40,830 nt of DNA from an uncultured Gammaproteobacteria bacterium (lineage in GTDB: Bacteria; Patescibacteriota; Microgenomatia; UBA1406; GWC2-37-13): positions 1 through 40,830 of the forward strand of contig CAZBEJ010000002.1 in the NCBI GenBank assembly GCA_964490915.1, in the 5' to 3' direction. Positions 22,846-30,851 of the stretch are shown here, piece after piece. Under the pieces are notes generated by a model. It ran no database searches and was not told where the DNA came from. It worked only from the letters and a program-made list of their open reading frames with translations. Numbering within the stretch: the first letter of the stretch is position 1; each line of letters opens with the position of its first letter. A program made the position numbers and the translations under genes.

Positions 22846-24306
22846 CTATGAGATAGATTTTACCACATCACCTATACGAATGTCAAGTGGTGGCCCGAAA
22901 ATCATTCCTGCTTCCTGGCCCTTTTTGACTTCCTGCGTAGCTTTTGCCCTAATTCTCAAGGATACGACTTTTGTTTTGCCTATAGGTTTATTATTTCTAT
23001 GAATTTCGACATTGTCAGCCAAGTTGATTTTTCCTTTAGTCATGGAAACACCGAATATACGTTCACCTTCAATGAAAAAGTTCGCCAGGACTTTTGCTTC
23101 GCCTTTGAGGTTTTTCTCCTGTTCTTCTTTCTCCTGCATTAATTCGGCAACCTCGATAAGTTCATCCAGAAGTTCGTAAATAATGGTATAGGTTTTGATA
23201 ATGACTTTTTCCTGTTTCGCCAAATCCTGTACCTCTTTGGCAACATTGGATGAAAACCCTATAATAATGGCATTTGTAGACTTCGCGAGGAATACATCGG
23301 ATTTATTGATGTCACCAACCGCTTTCAATATAACATCTACATTATTCTGTTTGAGCAAAGCCGTATTGATCGCCTCAAGACTACTTTGTGCATCTGCTTT
23401 AATGATCAAGGAAAGTTTTTTTTCTTCGATTTCAGGGTGGAGCAGGGATTGTATATCTAGGATTTTTGCGTCTCGGTTAACGGTTTCGATTATTTTTATG
23501 CTCGATTCCATCTGGATTGCAGTGCCAACCTCCGGTAGGTCGTCGAAACCGAGAATTTCGAATGGCGTCGAAGGAGCAACTGTTTGTATTGATTTGCCGA
23601 GATCGTTGATGAGAGAGCGTATTTTCGTCTTTTTTTCATTGACAAAGATCTCATTGCCGACACTTAGGTGTCCATCCTTGATAACCGCACTCACTACAAC
23701 GCCTCGTTTATCTTTTTTCGTTTCAATAATGTATGCCAATGGTTTATTTTTGGGATTGTATTCCAAATGAAGGTCTGCGGCATGAAGTAGAATAACTTCA
23801 AGCAGCTCGTGGATTCCTTTTCCGGTTTTTGCGGATACGGGAACAACTGAAATATTGCCGCCCTTTCCTTCCACCTGGATTTCATATTGGAGAAGATCGT
23901 TTTTTACCTTTTCGGGATTTGCTTCAGGCAGATCCATTTTGTTTAAGACTACGATAAACGGAATTTTTGCGTTTTTGATATGCGCGATTGATTCTCCGGT
24001 CTGTGGCATTATTGAATCTTTAGCGTCGATCAAAAGAAGAGCGATATCGGCCACGTTTGCTCCGCGCGCCCGAAGCTGGGAAAATGCTTCATGACCCGGC
24101 GTGTCAATAAAGGTGATTTTATTGGTTCTATAACCTTTGAAATCAGTCGTAATCTCATATGCACCAATGCGTTGGGTTATGCCTCCGTGCTCTTTTGCCG
24201 CAATGCGACTGTTACGGATATAGTCCAGAAGACTGGTTTTGCCGTGATCTACATGGCCGAGAATCGTAACCACGGGTGATCTTGGTTGTAGTGTTGAGGT
24301 GTTCAT
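22846..24306 (-). CDS. infB: Translation initiation factor IF-2 (short form that starts at the G domain)
   Basis: 486-aa ORF. G1 is GHVDHGKTSLLD at residues about 17-28, G3 is DTPGHEAF and G4 is NKMD. The C-terminal beta-barrel and C2 regions are present. No N-terminal extension. Confidence 0.9.
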   Translation of the reverse strand: MNTSTLQPRSPVVTILGHVDHGKTSLLDYIRNSRIAAKEHGGITQRIGAYEITTDFKGYRTNKITFIDTPGHEAFSQLRARGANVADIALLLIDAKDSIMPQTGESIAHIKNAKIPFIVVLNKMDLPEANPEKVKNDLLQYEIQVEGKGGNISVVPVSAKTGKGIHELLEVILLHAADLHLEYNPKNKPLAYIIETKKDKRGVVVSAVIKDGHLSVGNEIFVNEKKTKIRSLINDLGKSIQTVAPSTPFEILGFDDLPEVGTAIQMESSIKIIETVNRDAKILDIQSLLHPEIEEKKLSLIIKADAQSSLEAINTALLKQNNVDVILKAVGDINKSDVFLAKSTNAIIIGFSSNVAKEVQDLAKQEKVIIKTYTIIYELLDELIEVAELMQEKEEQEKNLKGEAKVLANFFIEGERIFGVSMTKGKINLADNVEIHRNNKPIGKTKVVSLRIRAKATQEVKKGQEAGMIFGPPLDIRIGDVVKSIS

Positions 24307-24324
24307 ATGATTTGTTTGGTATTG

Positions 24325-24398
24325 AGTATAGTGTATGGAGTATGGAGAATATGGGGAAGATATTGTACTAAATACTCTATACTCTATAACTCTATACT
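24325..24398. repeat. Long imperfect inverted repeat built from tandem heptamers, filling the nusA-infB spacer
   Basis: The outer arms AGTATAG (24325-24331) and CTATACT (24392-24398) pair perfectly. The inner arms are 24334-24351 (TATGGAGTATGGAGAATA) and 24371-24388 (AATACTCTATACTCTATA). They give 14 Watson-Crick pairs, 2 G:T pairs and 2 mismatches around a 19-nt loop. Each arm is itself a TATGGAG / TACTCTA tandem repeat. Confidence 0.7.
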
Positions 24399-25525
24399 AT
24401 TACTTTTTTTTCTTCCGATTCAGTATTTGGAGCTTTCGTTTGATCAGAAGAAGATTGTTGGTTTTGAGGTTTGGATTGTTGCGTATTTGAGTCATCTGGC
24501 GGTTGTGTGGCGTTTGATTGGTATGAGAGTTGAGTTGCGTCTGATTTTTTTGCTTGTTCTTCCTGGGCTGGCTCGGTTTTTAGCTGTACGATATCGATCT
24601 CAAATTCAGCCAAGCGCGAAGCAAGATTTACGTTTATTCCGCCTTTTCCTATGGCTAACGGAGCTTCTTTTTCCTCTACGGTTACGGTAGCCTTTCTCTT
24701 AGTACTATCCAGTTCCACATGGCTGATTTTCGCCGGCGAAAGAGCTGCCATGAGAAAGAGCTTTTCGTCCTTATTCCACTGGATGACATCGATTTTTTCC
24801 ATACCCCCAAGTTCATCAGTTACGGTCTGGACACGCACGCCTTTTTGCCCGACGCATGCACCAACCGGATCGACACCTCCCTGGCCGCTGAATACCGCGA
24901 TCTTCGCACGCTCGCCAGGTTCACGCACTATTTTTTTGACCTCGACTGTACCGTTTGCTATTTCAGGAACTTCCCGTTTGAAAAGTTCTTCTATAAGTTT
25001 GGGATCAGAGCGTGATACGATGATCCGGGGGTTTCCGAATTTGTCGTCGGCGATTTCTTTCAGGTATACGATCAGGGTAGTATTTACTGCGTAACGTTCA
25101 TTCTTGCTTTGCTCTTCCTTGGGAAGTACGGCTTCTGTTTTGCCGATATCCAGATAAGCATTATATCCGTCGTAGCGTATAACGCGGCCTTTTATTAATG
25201 TACCAATTTGGGATTTATAGTGGGCTACGACAGTCCGTTTTTCCGCTTCCCTGATTTTCTGGAGAATGACTTGTTTTGCCGTTTGTGCCGCGATACGACC
25301 AAATCCAGGAGGAGTGATATCTTTGCCGTCTTTCATGATTTTGGTTTCACCGGTATCTTTGCTTATTGATGAAGTGATATCGTCTTCGATTTTGTCCGGA
25401 TATTCCCGTTTGTATGCTGCAACTACAGCAGCTTCTATCGAAACGATAACGTCATCCGGCGAAATACCCCGTTCGGTCGCGACCTGATTAAGCGCCAGTG
25501 TAAATTCGCTTTTTACGATTGTCAT
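24392..25525 (-). CDS. nusA: Transcription termination/antitermination factor NusA with a Gln/Ser-rich C-terminal tail
   Basis: 377-aa ORF with a NusA N-terminal domain and an S1 domain (GTLIKGRVIRYDGYNAYLDIGKTEAVLP). The two KH domains are GACVGQKGVRVQ and GKGGINVNLASRL. The tail is SYQSNATQPPDDSNTQQSKPQNQQSSSDQ. Confidence 0.9.
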   Translation of the reverse strand: MTIVKSEFTLALNQVATERGISPDDVIVSIEAAVVAAYKREYPDKIEDDITSSISKDTGETKIMKDGKDITPPGFGRIAAQTAKQVILQKIREAEKRTVVAHYKSQIGTLIKGRVIRYDGYNAYLDIGKTEAVLPKEEQSKNERYAVNTTLIVYLKEIADDKFGNPRIIVSRSDPKLIEELFKREVPEIANGTVEVKKIVREPGERAKIAVFSGQGGVDPVGACVGQKGVRVQTVTDELGGMEKIDVIQWNKDEKLFLMAALSPAKISHVELDSTKRKATVTVEEKEAPLAIGKGGINVNLASRLAEFEIDIVQLKTEPAQEEQAKKSDATQLSYQSNATQPPDDSNTQQSKPQNQQSSSDQTKAPNTESEEKKVIV

Positions 25526-25608
25526 AGTTTAACAATTGTAACATAAAAAGCAGGATTTGGGTAGTGAATGGGAAGATAAGAAAAACATAGAGATAGAAGA
25601 TTGTACAA

Positions 25609-26358
25609 TTACTTCTTTTCTTCCTTTTTCTCTGATTTTTCACCTTTTTCAGGAACTGGAGCCGTTTCTTTCTTGTTTCCTTCACCAGCGGCCGGTTGAA
25701 CTGCAGCTTCTCCTTCTTCACCTTCCTTGGCTTCGGTTAATACCTCAGGTGGAGCAGCGGTGGTTTCAGGAGTGACACTTTCCTCCTTATGTTCGACGAC
25801 AGAGATTACAACTTTGTCAGGTTCTGTCTTAATTTCGTACGTAGCCGATTTTGGAAGATTAGATACTTTTATTTCCCGGCCCAGTTCCTTGATGCCTGAA
25901 ATGTCTATTTCTATTGTTTGCGGAATATTTTCGGGTAATGCCTCAACCAAAAGCGTAGTCGACTGAGTCAATACCACGCCTGCTTTTTGGGTTACCGCCT
26001 CTGATGTACCCACGATCTTTACCGGCACTTCGGTTTGGATTTTCTTTTTCAGATCGATTTTTCTGAAATCGACATGAAGGATTGAGTCGCTGACGGGATG
26101 ATGCTGTACGTGTTTGATCAACACCGGAATCTCTTCTTTATTCAGATCCAAGTAAACAATTCCTGTTTCTTTTGCAGTTTTATAGGCCTTTACGAAATCC
26201 TTGTGTTGAACGCCGATTGAGGTAGATTTGAATTCGGGACCGAAGATATTTGCCGGAACAAAACCTTGAATGCGATATTTCTTGAGTTTTTTCCCGAGAA
26301 CGGTACGAGGTTGTACATTGAGGACGAGTTTATCAGAAGCATTTTTTTTAGTGCTCAT
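25609..26358 (-). CDS. rplY: 50S ribosomal protein L25 (Ctc form) with a Glu/Lys-rich C-terminal extension
   Basis: 249-aa ORF. The L25 N-terminal domain is LNVQPRTVLGKKLKKYRIQGFVPANIFGP, followed by the Ctc-type second domain. The tail is EGEEGEAAVQPAAGEGNKKETAPVPEKGEKSEKKEEKK. Confidence 0.85.
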   Translation of the reverse strand: MSTKKNASDKLVLNVQPRTVLGKKLKKYRIQGFVPANIFGPEFKSTSIGVQHKDFVKAYKTAKETGIVYLDLNKEEIPVLIKHVQHHPVSDSILHVDFRKIDLKKKIQTEVPVKIVGTSEAVTQKAGVVLTQSTTLLVEALPENIPQTIEIDISGIKELGREIKVSNLPKSATYEIKTEPDKVVISVVEHKEESVTPETTAAPPEVLTEAKEGEEGEAAVQPAAGEGNKKETAPVPEKGEKSEKKEEKK

Positions 26359-26360
26359 AA

Positions 26361-28616
26361 TTATTTTTTAGTCAGTTCAATGAAAAAAATTTTATCTGCT
26401 GACAAGCTAGTATTATAAACAATATGATTGTCTTTGACAAGTGGAGTGAAGTTTTGATTAACAATAGAGAGATTTTTCGGCAAGGTTATTTCCATGACAT
26501 AATCGCTGTTTGGCGACCCGATCTGTTTTTGAACAACCAATTGGTATAGCGTATTGCCTTTTGGAATGCGTTGGTTAAGCGTATAGCTGATTTTGATTTC
26601 AGTTGTTTTTTCCGGAGGAAGCTCGAAATAGAATCCGATTGTTTCGTATGCGGTATTTTTCTGGTCAAAGTTCTCCACAAGCGTTCCGTCCCTGGTTATG
26701 GTTTGAAGTGTTGAGCTTGCCGGAAGCATGGTCTGGAAATAGTTTTTATACGTCCCGCCCGGAAACACGTCTCCCGGAGAATCATTGCGATATCTGATTG
26801 AAAATATATGCTCTATCTGTCCGGCTGAATCAATATCGGTTTTCAGATACATGGACCGGGTTATGTAATAATTGACTTTGTTTGCTCCAACGTTAGCATC
26901 AAACGGCATAAGATAATCAACGATACAGGTTCCATTGGCGTCAAACGCGCATTTCGGTTCAATAACCCTTCCCGACCAGTAGAAGGGATCGATTGCTTTC
27001 TGGATGTTCGGGTCGTCAAAGTACATAATCAGCTGTTTTTCGTCAAGCGATTGTTTTAATGCAAGTGCCATTTTTCCCAAGGATACTGAATCCAGGTTAA
27101 CAAAAATATAGCGCGCCAACGTTCCCAAGAAAGATTTTTTCTGGATTGACCCGGGAAAAAAATTGCTTTCCGCGCGCATCTGAGCCTTAAGATAAAAATT
27201 TTGTTGGTTTATGGTTTCGTCGAAGTCGGGAAGGTAAATAGTACCGAAAACACCCAAAAACCTCTGAATCGCGGTAGTTGTGAGTAATATCGATCCGGAA
27301 AATCCAGTCAGGTTGATTTCCTTTTCCAGAAACATCTTCGCTTTTGCATAGTTTTCGGGAAAATCAGGTGAAAAATTCGAATCTCGCAAGAACCCATGCG
27401 GAATATGAAGATAGATGCGAATCGGGTCAGGCGGATCAATATGCGCTTTCAGTTGGCCATCCGCGTCATAGACATCGTGTATTTCGATATTTTCGATAGT
27501 ATAGTCTTTGACTGTCAATATGCCAAATGAGCCCAGGAATCCTCCGCCTGGCCTCAGCTCCATGTTGTTCGCGAAAAACAAAAGGTATTTTTTTTCGGTA
27601 TTTTTTGCGAGGATGGAATCCAGATATGGAAAGATTTTTTGTATCCGATCCATACCTTCGATTGCATTTGCCATCTGATCACGCAGATGATTGATGGATG
27701 GTAATTGCGTCGGCAAAATCTGTACGAGGGTAGTCGCGTTATTGTCTATATTTTCCAGTTCCGTCTCGAATTCTTTAATCCTTAAGAGCAAATATGTTTT
27801 TTCTTCATTTGTTTTGTCTGTTTTGAAAAGCAGTTTTTGGATCTGTTTTGCGTTCTGTACAAGAACGACGGATTGGTCGAGGATAGAACTGCTTTTATTG
27901 CCAATATCTATAAGGTTGTCAAACGGCAGAGATACGGAAAACAACAAGAGCGTTGGTCTCGCAAACGTGTAGAGTTGCTTGGAGATCTCCATACCTGAAA
28001 TTGCCTGCTCTGTATAGTTTTTTGCAGCCGTCATGTTTTCCGATTTAAATGCATAGAATCCTTTATATGTTGCAAATAGGGAATACAGAAGCGAAGGGAG
28101 AAATGCAATATGCACGATGATAAATAAAACTATAATAGCCAGTAAGACCTTTTTTTTAGTAATGACGAACCGTCGTATAAGCTTAGGGGTGATAAGCTGG
28201 CGTTTGACCGGAATGCTGCCGACATCTTCACGAAGATACCGTTCCTTGCTTTTTGAAAACGCAAACCAAAACAACCGGTCAATGTGTTCTTTCCGGATAT
28301 CATCACCATAGATTTCGACGACCTTGTGATGGGGAAATCTCGAAAAATATTGTGCGTGTCTGGCATACGATTGGTTGAATAAGATAGTCACGAGCTTTTT
28401 ATACGACTTGGGAAGCAATGTATAGTTCTCGTGTTCCCGGTTGATGAAAAAATAGTAGTCAAAGTTCGATTTGGTTTTTGGCATGTGAGGAGAGTAGAAA
28501 ACTTCAAGCCCATAGCGTTCGATCTCCGCTTTCAACAAAGAAATAAACGGATAGTTTTTCTCGCTGACGATCAATGCTTTTTGTTTTTCTTCAACGGTTT
28601 CCACGAGCAGATTCAT
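26361..28616 (-). CDS. DUF4012-domain large membrane-anchored extracytoplasmic protein
   Basis: 751-aa ORF with an internal TM helix (LLAIIVLFIIVHIAFLPSLLYSLF). Carries the DUF4012-type core MELRPGGGFLGSFGILTV. Confidence 0.7.
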   Translation of the reverse strand: MNLLVETVEEKQKALIVSEKNYPFISLLKAEIERYGLEVFYSPHMPKTKSNFDYYFFINREHENYTLLPKSYKKLVTILFNQSYARHAQYFSRFPHHKVVEIYGDDIRKEHIDRLFWFAFSKSKERYLREDVGSIPVKRQLITPKLIRRFVITKKKVLLAIIVLFIIVHIAFLPSLLYSLFATYKGFYAFKSENMTAAKNYTEQAISGMEISKQLYTFARPTLLLFSVSLPFDNLIDIGNKSSSILDQSVVLVQNAKQIQKLLFKTDKTNEEKTYLLLRIKEFETELENIDNNATTLVQILPTQLPSINHLRDQMANAIEGMDRIQKIFPYLDSILAKNTEKKYLLFFANNMELRPGGGFLGSFGILTVKDYTIENIEIHDVYDADGQLKAHIDPPDPIRIYLHIPHGFLRDSNFSPDFPENYAKAKMFLEKEINLTGFSGSILLTTTAIQRFLGVFGTIYLPDFDETINQQNFYLKAQMRAESNFFPGSIQKKSFLGTLARYIFVNLDSVSLGKMALALKQSLDEKQLIMYFDDPNIQKAIDPFYWSGRVIEPKCAFDANGTCIVDYLMPFDANVGANKVNYYITRSMYLKTDIDSAGQIEHIFSIRYRNDSPGDVFPGGTYKNYFQTMLPASSTLQTITRDGTLVENFDQKNTAYETIGFYFELPPEKTTEIKISYTLNQRIPKGNTLYQLVVQKQIGSPNSDYVMEITLPKNLSIVNQNFTPLVKDNHIVYNTSLSADKIFFIELTKK

Positions 28617-28623
28617 ATCCTTA

Positions 28624-29118
28624 TTGTATAATGGGAGCGTGGCAAATACAGGATCAAAAATTATCCAATTGTCAGATAGTTATACTGTACGACAAAGGTC
28701 GAAAAACAAAAAAACAGTTTTGGTCGGTGGATGTTTCGACCTATTCCACTATGGTCATTTTTCCTTTCTGAAGAAAGCTAAAAAGTCAGGAGAGTTTCTC
28801 ATTGTTGCGCTTGAATCCGATGAGTTCATCAAGAAAACAAAACATAGGGAAGCATTGCATACCCAGAAACAGCGGGCGGAAATCCTCGCATCCATTGATT
28901 TTGTCGACCTTGTAGTTATGCTGCCGTTATTGCAGTCTGATACGGACTATCTTTCCATGGTTGAAAGCATACAACCCTCGGTTATTGCGGTAACTTCAGG
29001 AGATCCTCAACGCGAGAACAAACAAAGACAGGCAAAAAAAGTCGGCGGAGAATTGAAAGTGGTGACTCCGGTATTGATGAATTTTTCATCGCAACATATT
29101 ATTGATTCATTCAGCTAA
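28624..29118 (+). CDS. Cytidylyltransferase-fold nucleotidyltransferase (RfaE domain II / TagD-like)
   Basis: 164-aa ORF. Has GGCFDLFHYGH (HxGH motif), then LIVALESDEFI and VDLVV blocks. The start is only 7 nt from the divergent DUF4012 start, and a GTG at 28639 is an alternative start. Confidence 0.75.
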   Translation: MYNGSVANTGSKIIQLSDSYTVRQRSKNKKTVLVGGCFDLFHYGHFSFLKKAKKSGEFLIVALESDEFIKKTKHREALHTQKQRAEILASIDFVDLVVMLPLLQSDTDYLSMVESIQPSVIAVTSGDPQRENKQRQAKKVGGELKVVTPVLMNFSSQHIIDSFS

Positions 29119-29127
29119 AACCAAATT

Positions 29128-29676
29128 ATGCGATTGTTTCTTGCTCTTGAATTCCCACAATCCACGAAGAACGAATTAATAAAACAACTGGATGTTTTAT
29201 ATAAAGAATATCCGCAGTTTGACTGGATTCCACCAAAAAACTATCATGTGACAATATATTTTTTTGGTGACATAGATAATCCGGTTAATATATATAAGCG
29301 GTTGGATGAAATACTCTATGACAAGGAATCATTTCACATGTATTCCTTTCATCTGGATATGTTCATAAATCACCGCATTACCATATATCTGGATTTCAGG
29401 CGCGAGAAAACGCTGGAAGCAATCGCAAAACAAACGGGGATAATTTTTCAGCACAAGCCGAGCAATCGGAGATTTGTTCCTCATGTAACTTTGGCCAGAT
29501 GGCGTATTCCTTCAAAGCAACAATATTTCGTTTTGAAGAAACGATTTAATAAGCAACAGATTGACGTATCCTTTCAAGTGAAAAAAATCGGAGTTTTTGA
29601 AAGCATATCGTCAGGCAAATTTCCGGACTATAAAAAAATGAAAGAGTTTGTTCTTTTATCAAAAAACCAATCCTAA
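29128..29676 (+). CDS. thpR: RNA 2',3'-cyclic phosphodiesterase (2H phosphoesterase, ThpR/LigT-like)
   Basis: 182-aa ORF starting MRLFLALEFP. Has the two HxT motifs YHVTIYFFG and PHVTLAR at the expected spacing. Confidence 0.8.
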   Translation: MRLFLALEFPQSTKNELIKQLDVLYKEYPQFDWIPPKNYHVTIYFFGDIDNPVNIYKRLDEILYDKESFHMYSFHLDMFINHRITIYLDFRREKTLEAIAKQTGIIFQHKPSNRRFVPHVTLARWRIPSKQQYFVLKKRFNKQQIDVSFQVKKIGVFESISSGKFPDYKKMKEFVLLSKNQS

Positions 29677-29699
29677 GCAAAAGCTTAGGTATTGGTTTT
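29663..29699. terminator. Bidirectional intrinsic terminator between convergent genes
   Basis: AAAACCAATCCTAAGC-aaaa-GCTTAGGTATTGGTTTT forms a 16-bp stem with a 1-nt bulge. An A-run lies 5' and a T-run 3'. It overlaps the thpR stop and lies 19 nt from the DUF5679 stop. Confidence 0.7.
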
Positions 29700-29717
29700 A
29701 TTGTAACGTACAAAAAA

Positions 29718-29861
29718 TTACGCAGCGCCAATTCTATACATTCCAGTTCCACAAACTGGGCATTTTGCTTTCATTGCCGGCTTACCATTTTTCATGGTAA
29801 CTTTTTGAGGATTTGCTACATCTCTTTTTGCTCTACATTTTACACAGTACATTGATGCCAT
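29718..29861 (-). CDS. DUF5679-like zinc-ribbon small protein (47 aa), unannotated small ORF
   Basis: Reads MASMYCVKCRAKRDVANPQKVTMKNGKPAMKAKCPVCGTGMYRIGAA, with CxxC ... CxxC. A strong SD (GAGGGGGTG) lies 8 nt upstream. Absent from the ORF track because it is under 60 aa. Confidence 0.75.
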   Translation of the reverse strand: MASMYCVKCRAKRDVANPQKVTMKNGKPAMKAKCPVCGTGMYRIGAA

Positions 29862-29980
29862 AATTTTCTTCACCCCCTCGTATATTACATCGCACGCTAT
29901 TTACTTTAATGCACGCCTGCGATAAATTTTTAACTCGATTCTCTATCTTTATTGAGATAAATACTATGCCTAGCCTTAAT

Positions 29981-30298
29981 TTATTTAATAATCCTAACAA
30001 AATAAAGAGAAATTTCAAGGCCAATAATAATTATAATGAGAATAAGACTTCTTCGCAGGTCTTGTTTAAAATACCATACAATTTTTCCGTCTTCGACAGT
30101 TGGCGCCGCAGTTTTCTGTTTTATCGCGGTGGGTTGCTCTATTTTCTGTTCACGAATGAAAGACAGTTCTCGGCGGGAGGGAGCTGGTATGTGTTTTTCG
30201 GTCGAATACGTATTTAACGGTATTTGTTGAGATTGTAATAGCTGAAGTCTTTTTCTGTATGCCGCGATTATTTTTTCCTTTTTGGTTTTTTTTGGCAT
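29981..30298 (-). CDS. Hypothetical small protein with a basic N-terminus and C-terminal TM helix
   Basis: 105-aa ORF with MPKKTKKEKIIAAYRKRL at the N-terminus and SLILIIIIIGLEISLYFV as a C-terminal TM helix. No family recognised. Confidence 0.5.
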   Translation of the reverse strand: MPKKTKKEKIIAAYRKRLQLLQSQQIPLNTYSTEKHIPAPSRRELSFIREQKIEQPTAIKQKTAAPTVEDGKIVWYFKQDLRRSLILIIIIIGLEISLYFVRIIK

Positions 30299-30368
30299 AG
30301 GGTTTGGTAATGTAACCTCAGTTTTACCATATTGACAGTAATTTGTAAAGAAGTTACAATGATTACCA

Positions 30369-30821
30369 ATGATATTGTATATAATAGGGGGTGTTTTTTT
30401 TATTTGGTTGGGTATAATTACGATTGTTCTTTTAAAAACGAGAGGTCATTATTTAAATCTGGTATCAAACACAAAAAAAGGACAGATAAATGATATTTTG
30501 GATGAATTAATCAGGACCGATCAGATTATTTCGAAAGACATCGTGTCGATTAAAAAAGAATTGAAAGATGAAATCCAAGCGTCGCAGCTGCATTTGCAAA
30601 AGGTCGGTTTATTGAGATTCAATCCTTTTGAAAGAATAGCAGGCGAGCAAAGTTTTGTAGTTGCTTTGTTAGATAATGAGAACAGCGGAATGATTCTTAA
30701 TTTTATTTACACGAGAGACGGCTTACGGGTCTATACGAAAAAAGTGAAGCGGGGACAAGGAGAAGAATACGAATTATCCGAGGAGGAGAAAAAAGTCATT
30801 GAAAAATGCAATAAAAAATAA
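30369..30821 (+). CDS. DUF4446-family protein
   Basis: 150-aa ORF with an N-terminal TM helix. The core is LRFNPFERIAGEQSFVVALLDNENSGMILNFIYTRDGLRVYTKKVKRGQGEEYELSEEEKKVIE, as in DUF4446 proteins. Confidence 0.7.
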   Translation: MILYIIGGVFFIWLGIITIVLLKTRGHYLNLVSNTKKGQINDILDELIRTDQIISKDIVSIKKELKDEIQASQLHLQKVGLLRFNPFERIAGEQSFVVALLDNENSGMILNFIYTRDGLRVYTKKVKRGQGEEYELSEEEKKVIEKCNKK

Positions 30822-30851
30822 GGGAATTGTTATTATTTCTCATAATACCAT

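Noticed and set aside
24325-24398. Heptamer repeats considered as a tiny CRISPR-like or tandem-repeat array
   Set aside because: The units are 7-8 nt and contiguous, without spacers, and the two blocks are inverted relative to each other. This is a hairpin-forming inverted repeat, not a CRISPR array. No CRISPR repeats or cas genes occur anywhere in the window.
24307-24690. 127-aa plus-strand ORF spanning the nusA-infB spacer and the nusA 3' end
   Set aside because: It is antisense to the well-supported nusA gene and starts inside the heptamer-repeat hairpin. Its composition is Leu/Phe/Arg-rich, typical of antisense frames.
25532-25609. Short palindromes ACAATTGT (25532-25539) and ATTGTACAAT (25600-25609), sharing TTGTA/TACAA half-sites with the 18-bp palindrome at 12109
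   Set aside because: Palindromes of 8-10 bp made of A/T-rich half-sites are expected by chance in AT-rich spacers. Without genome-wide counts, a shared operator motif cannot be supported.
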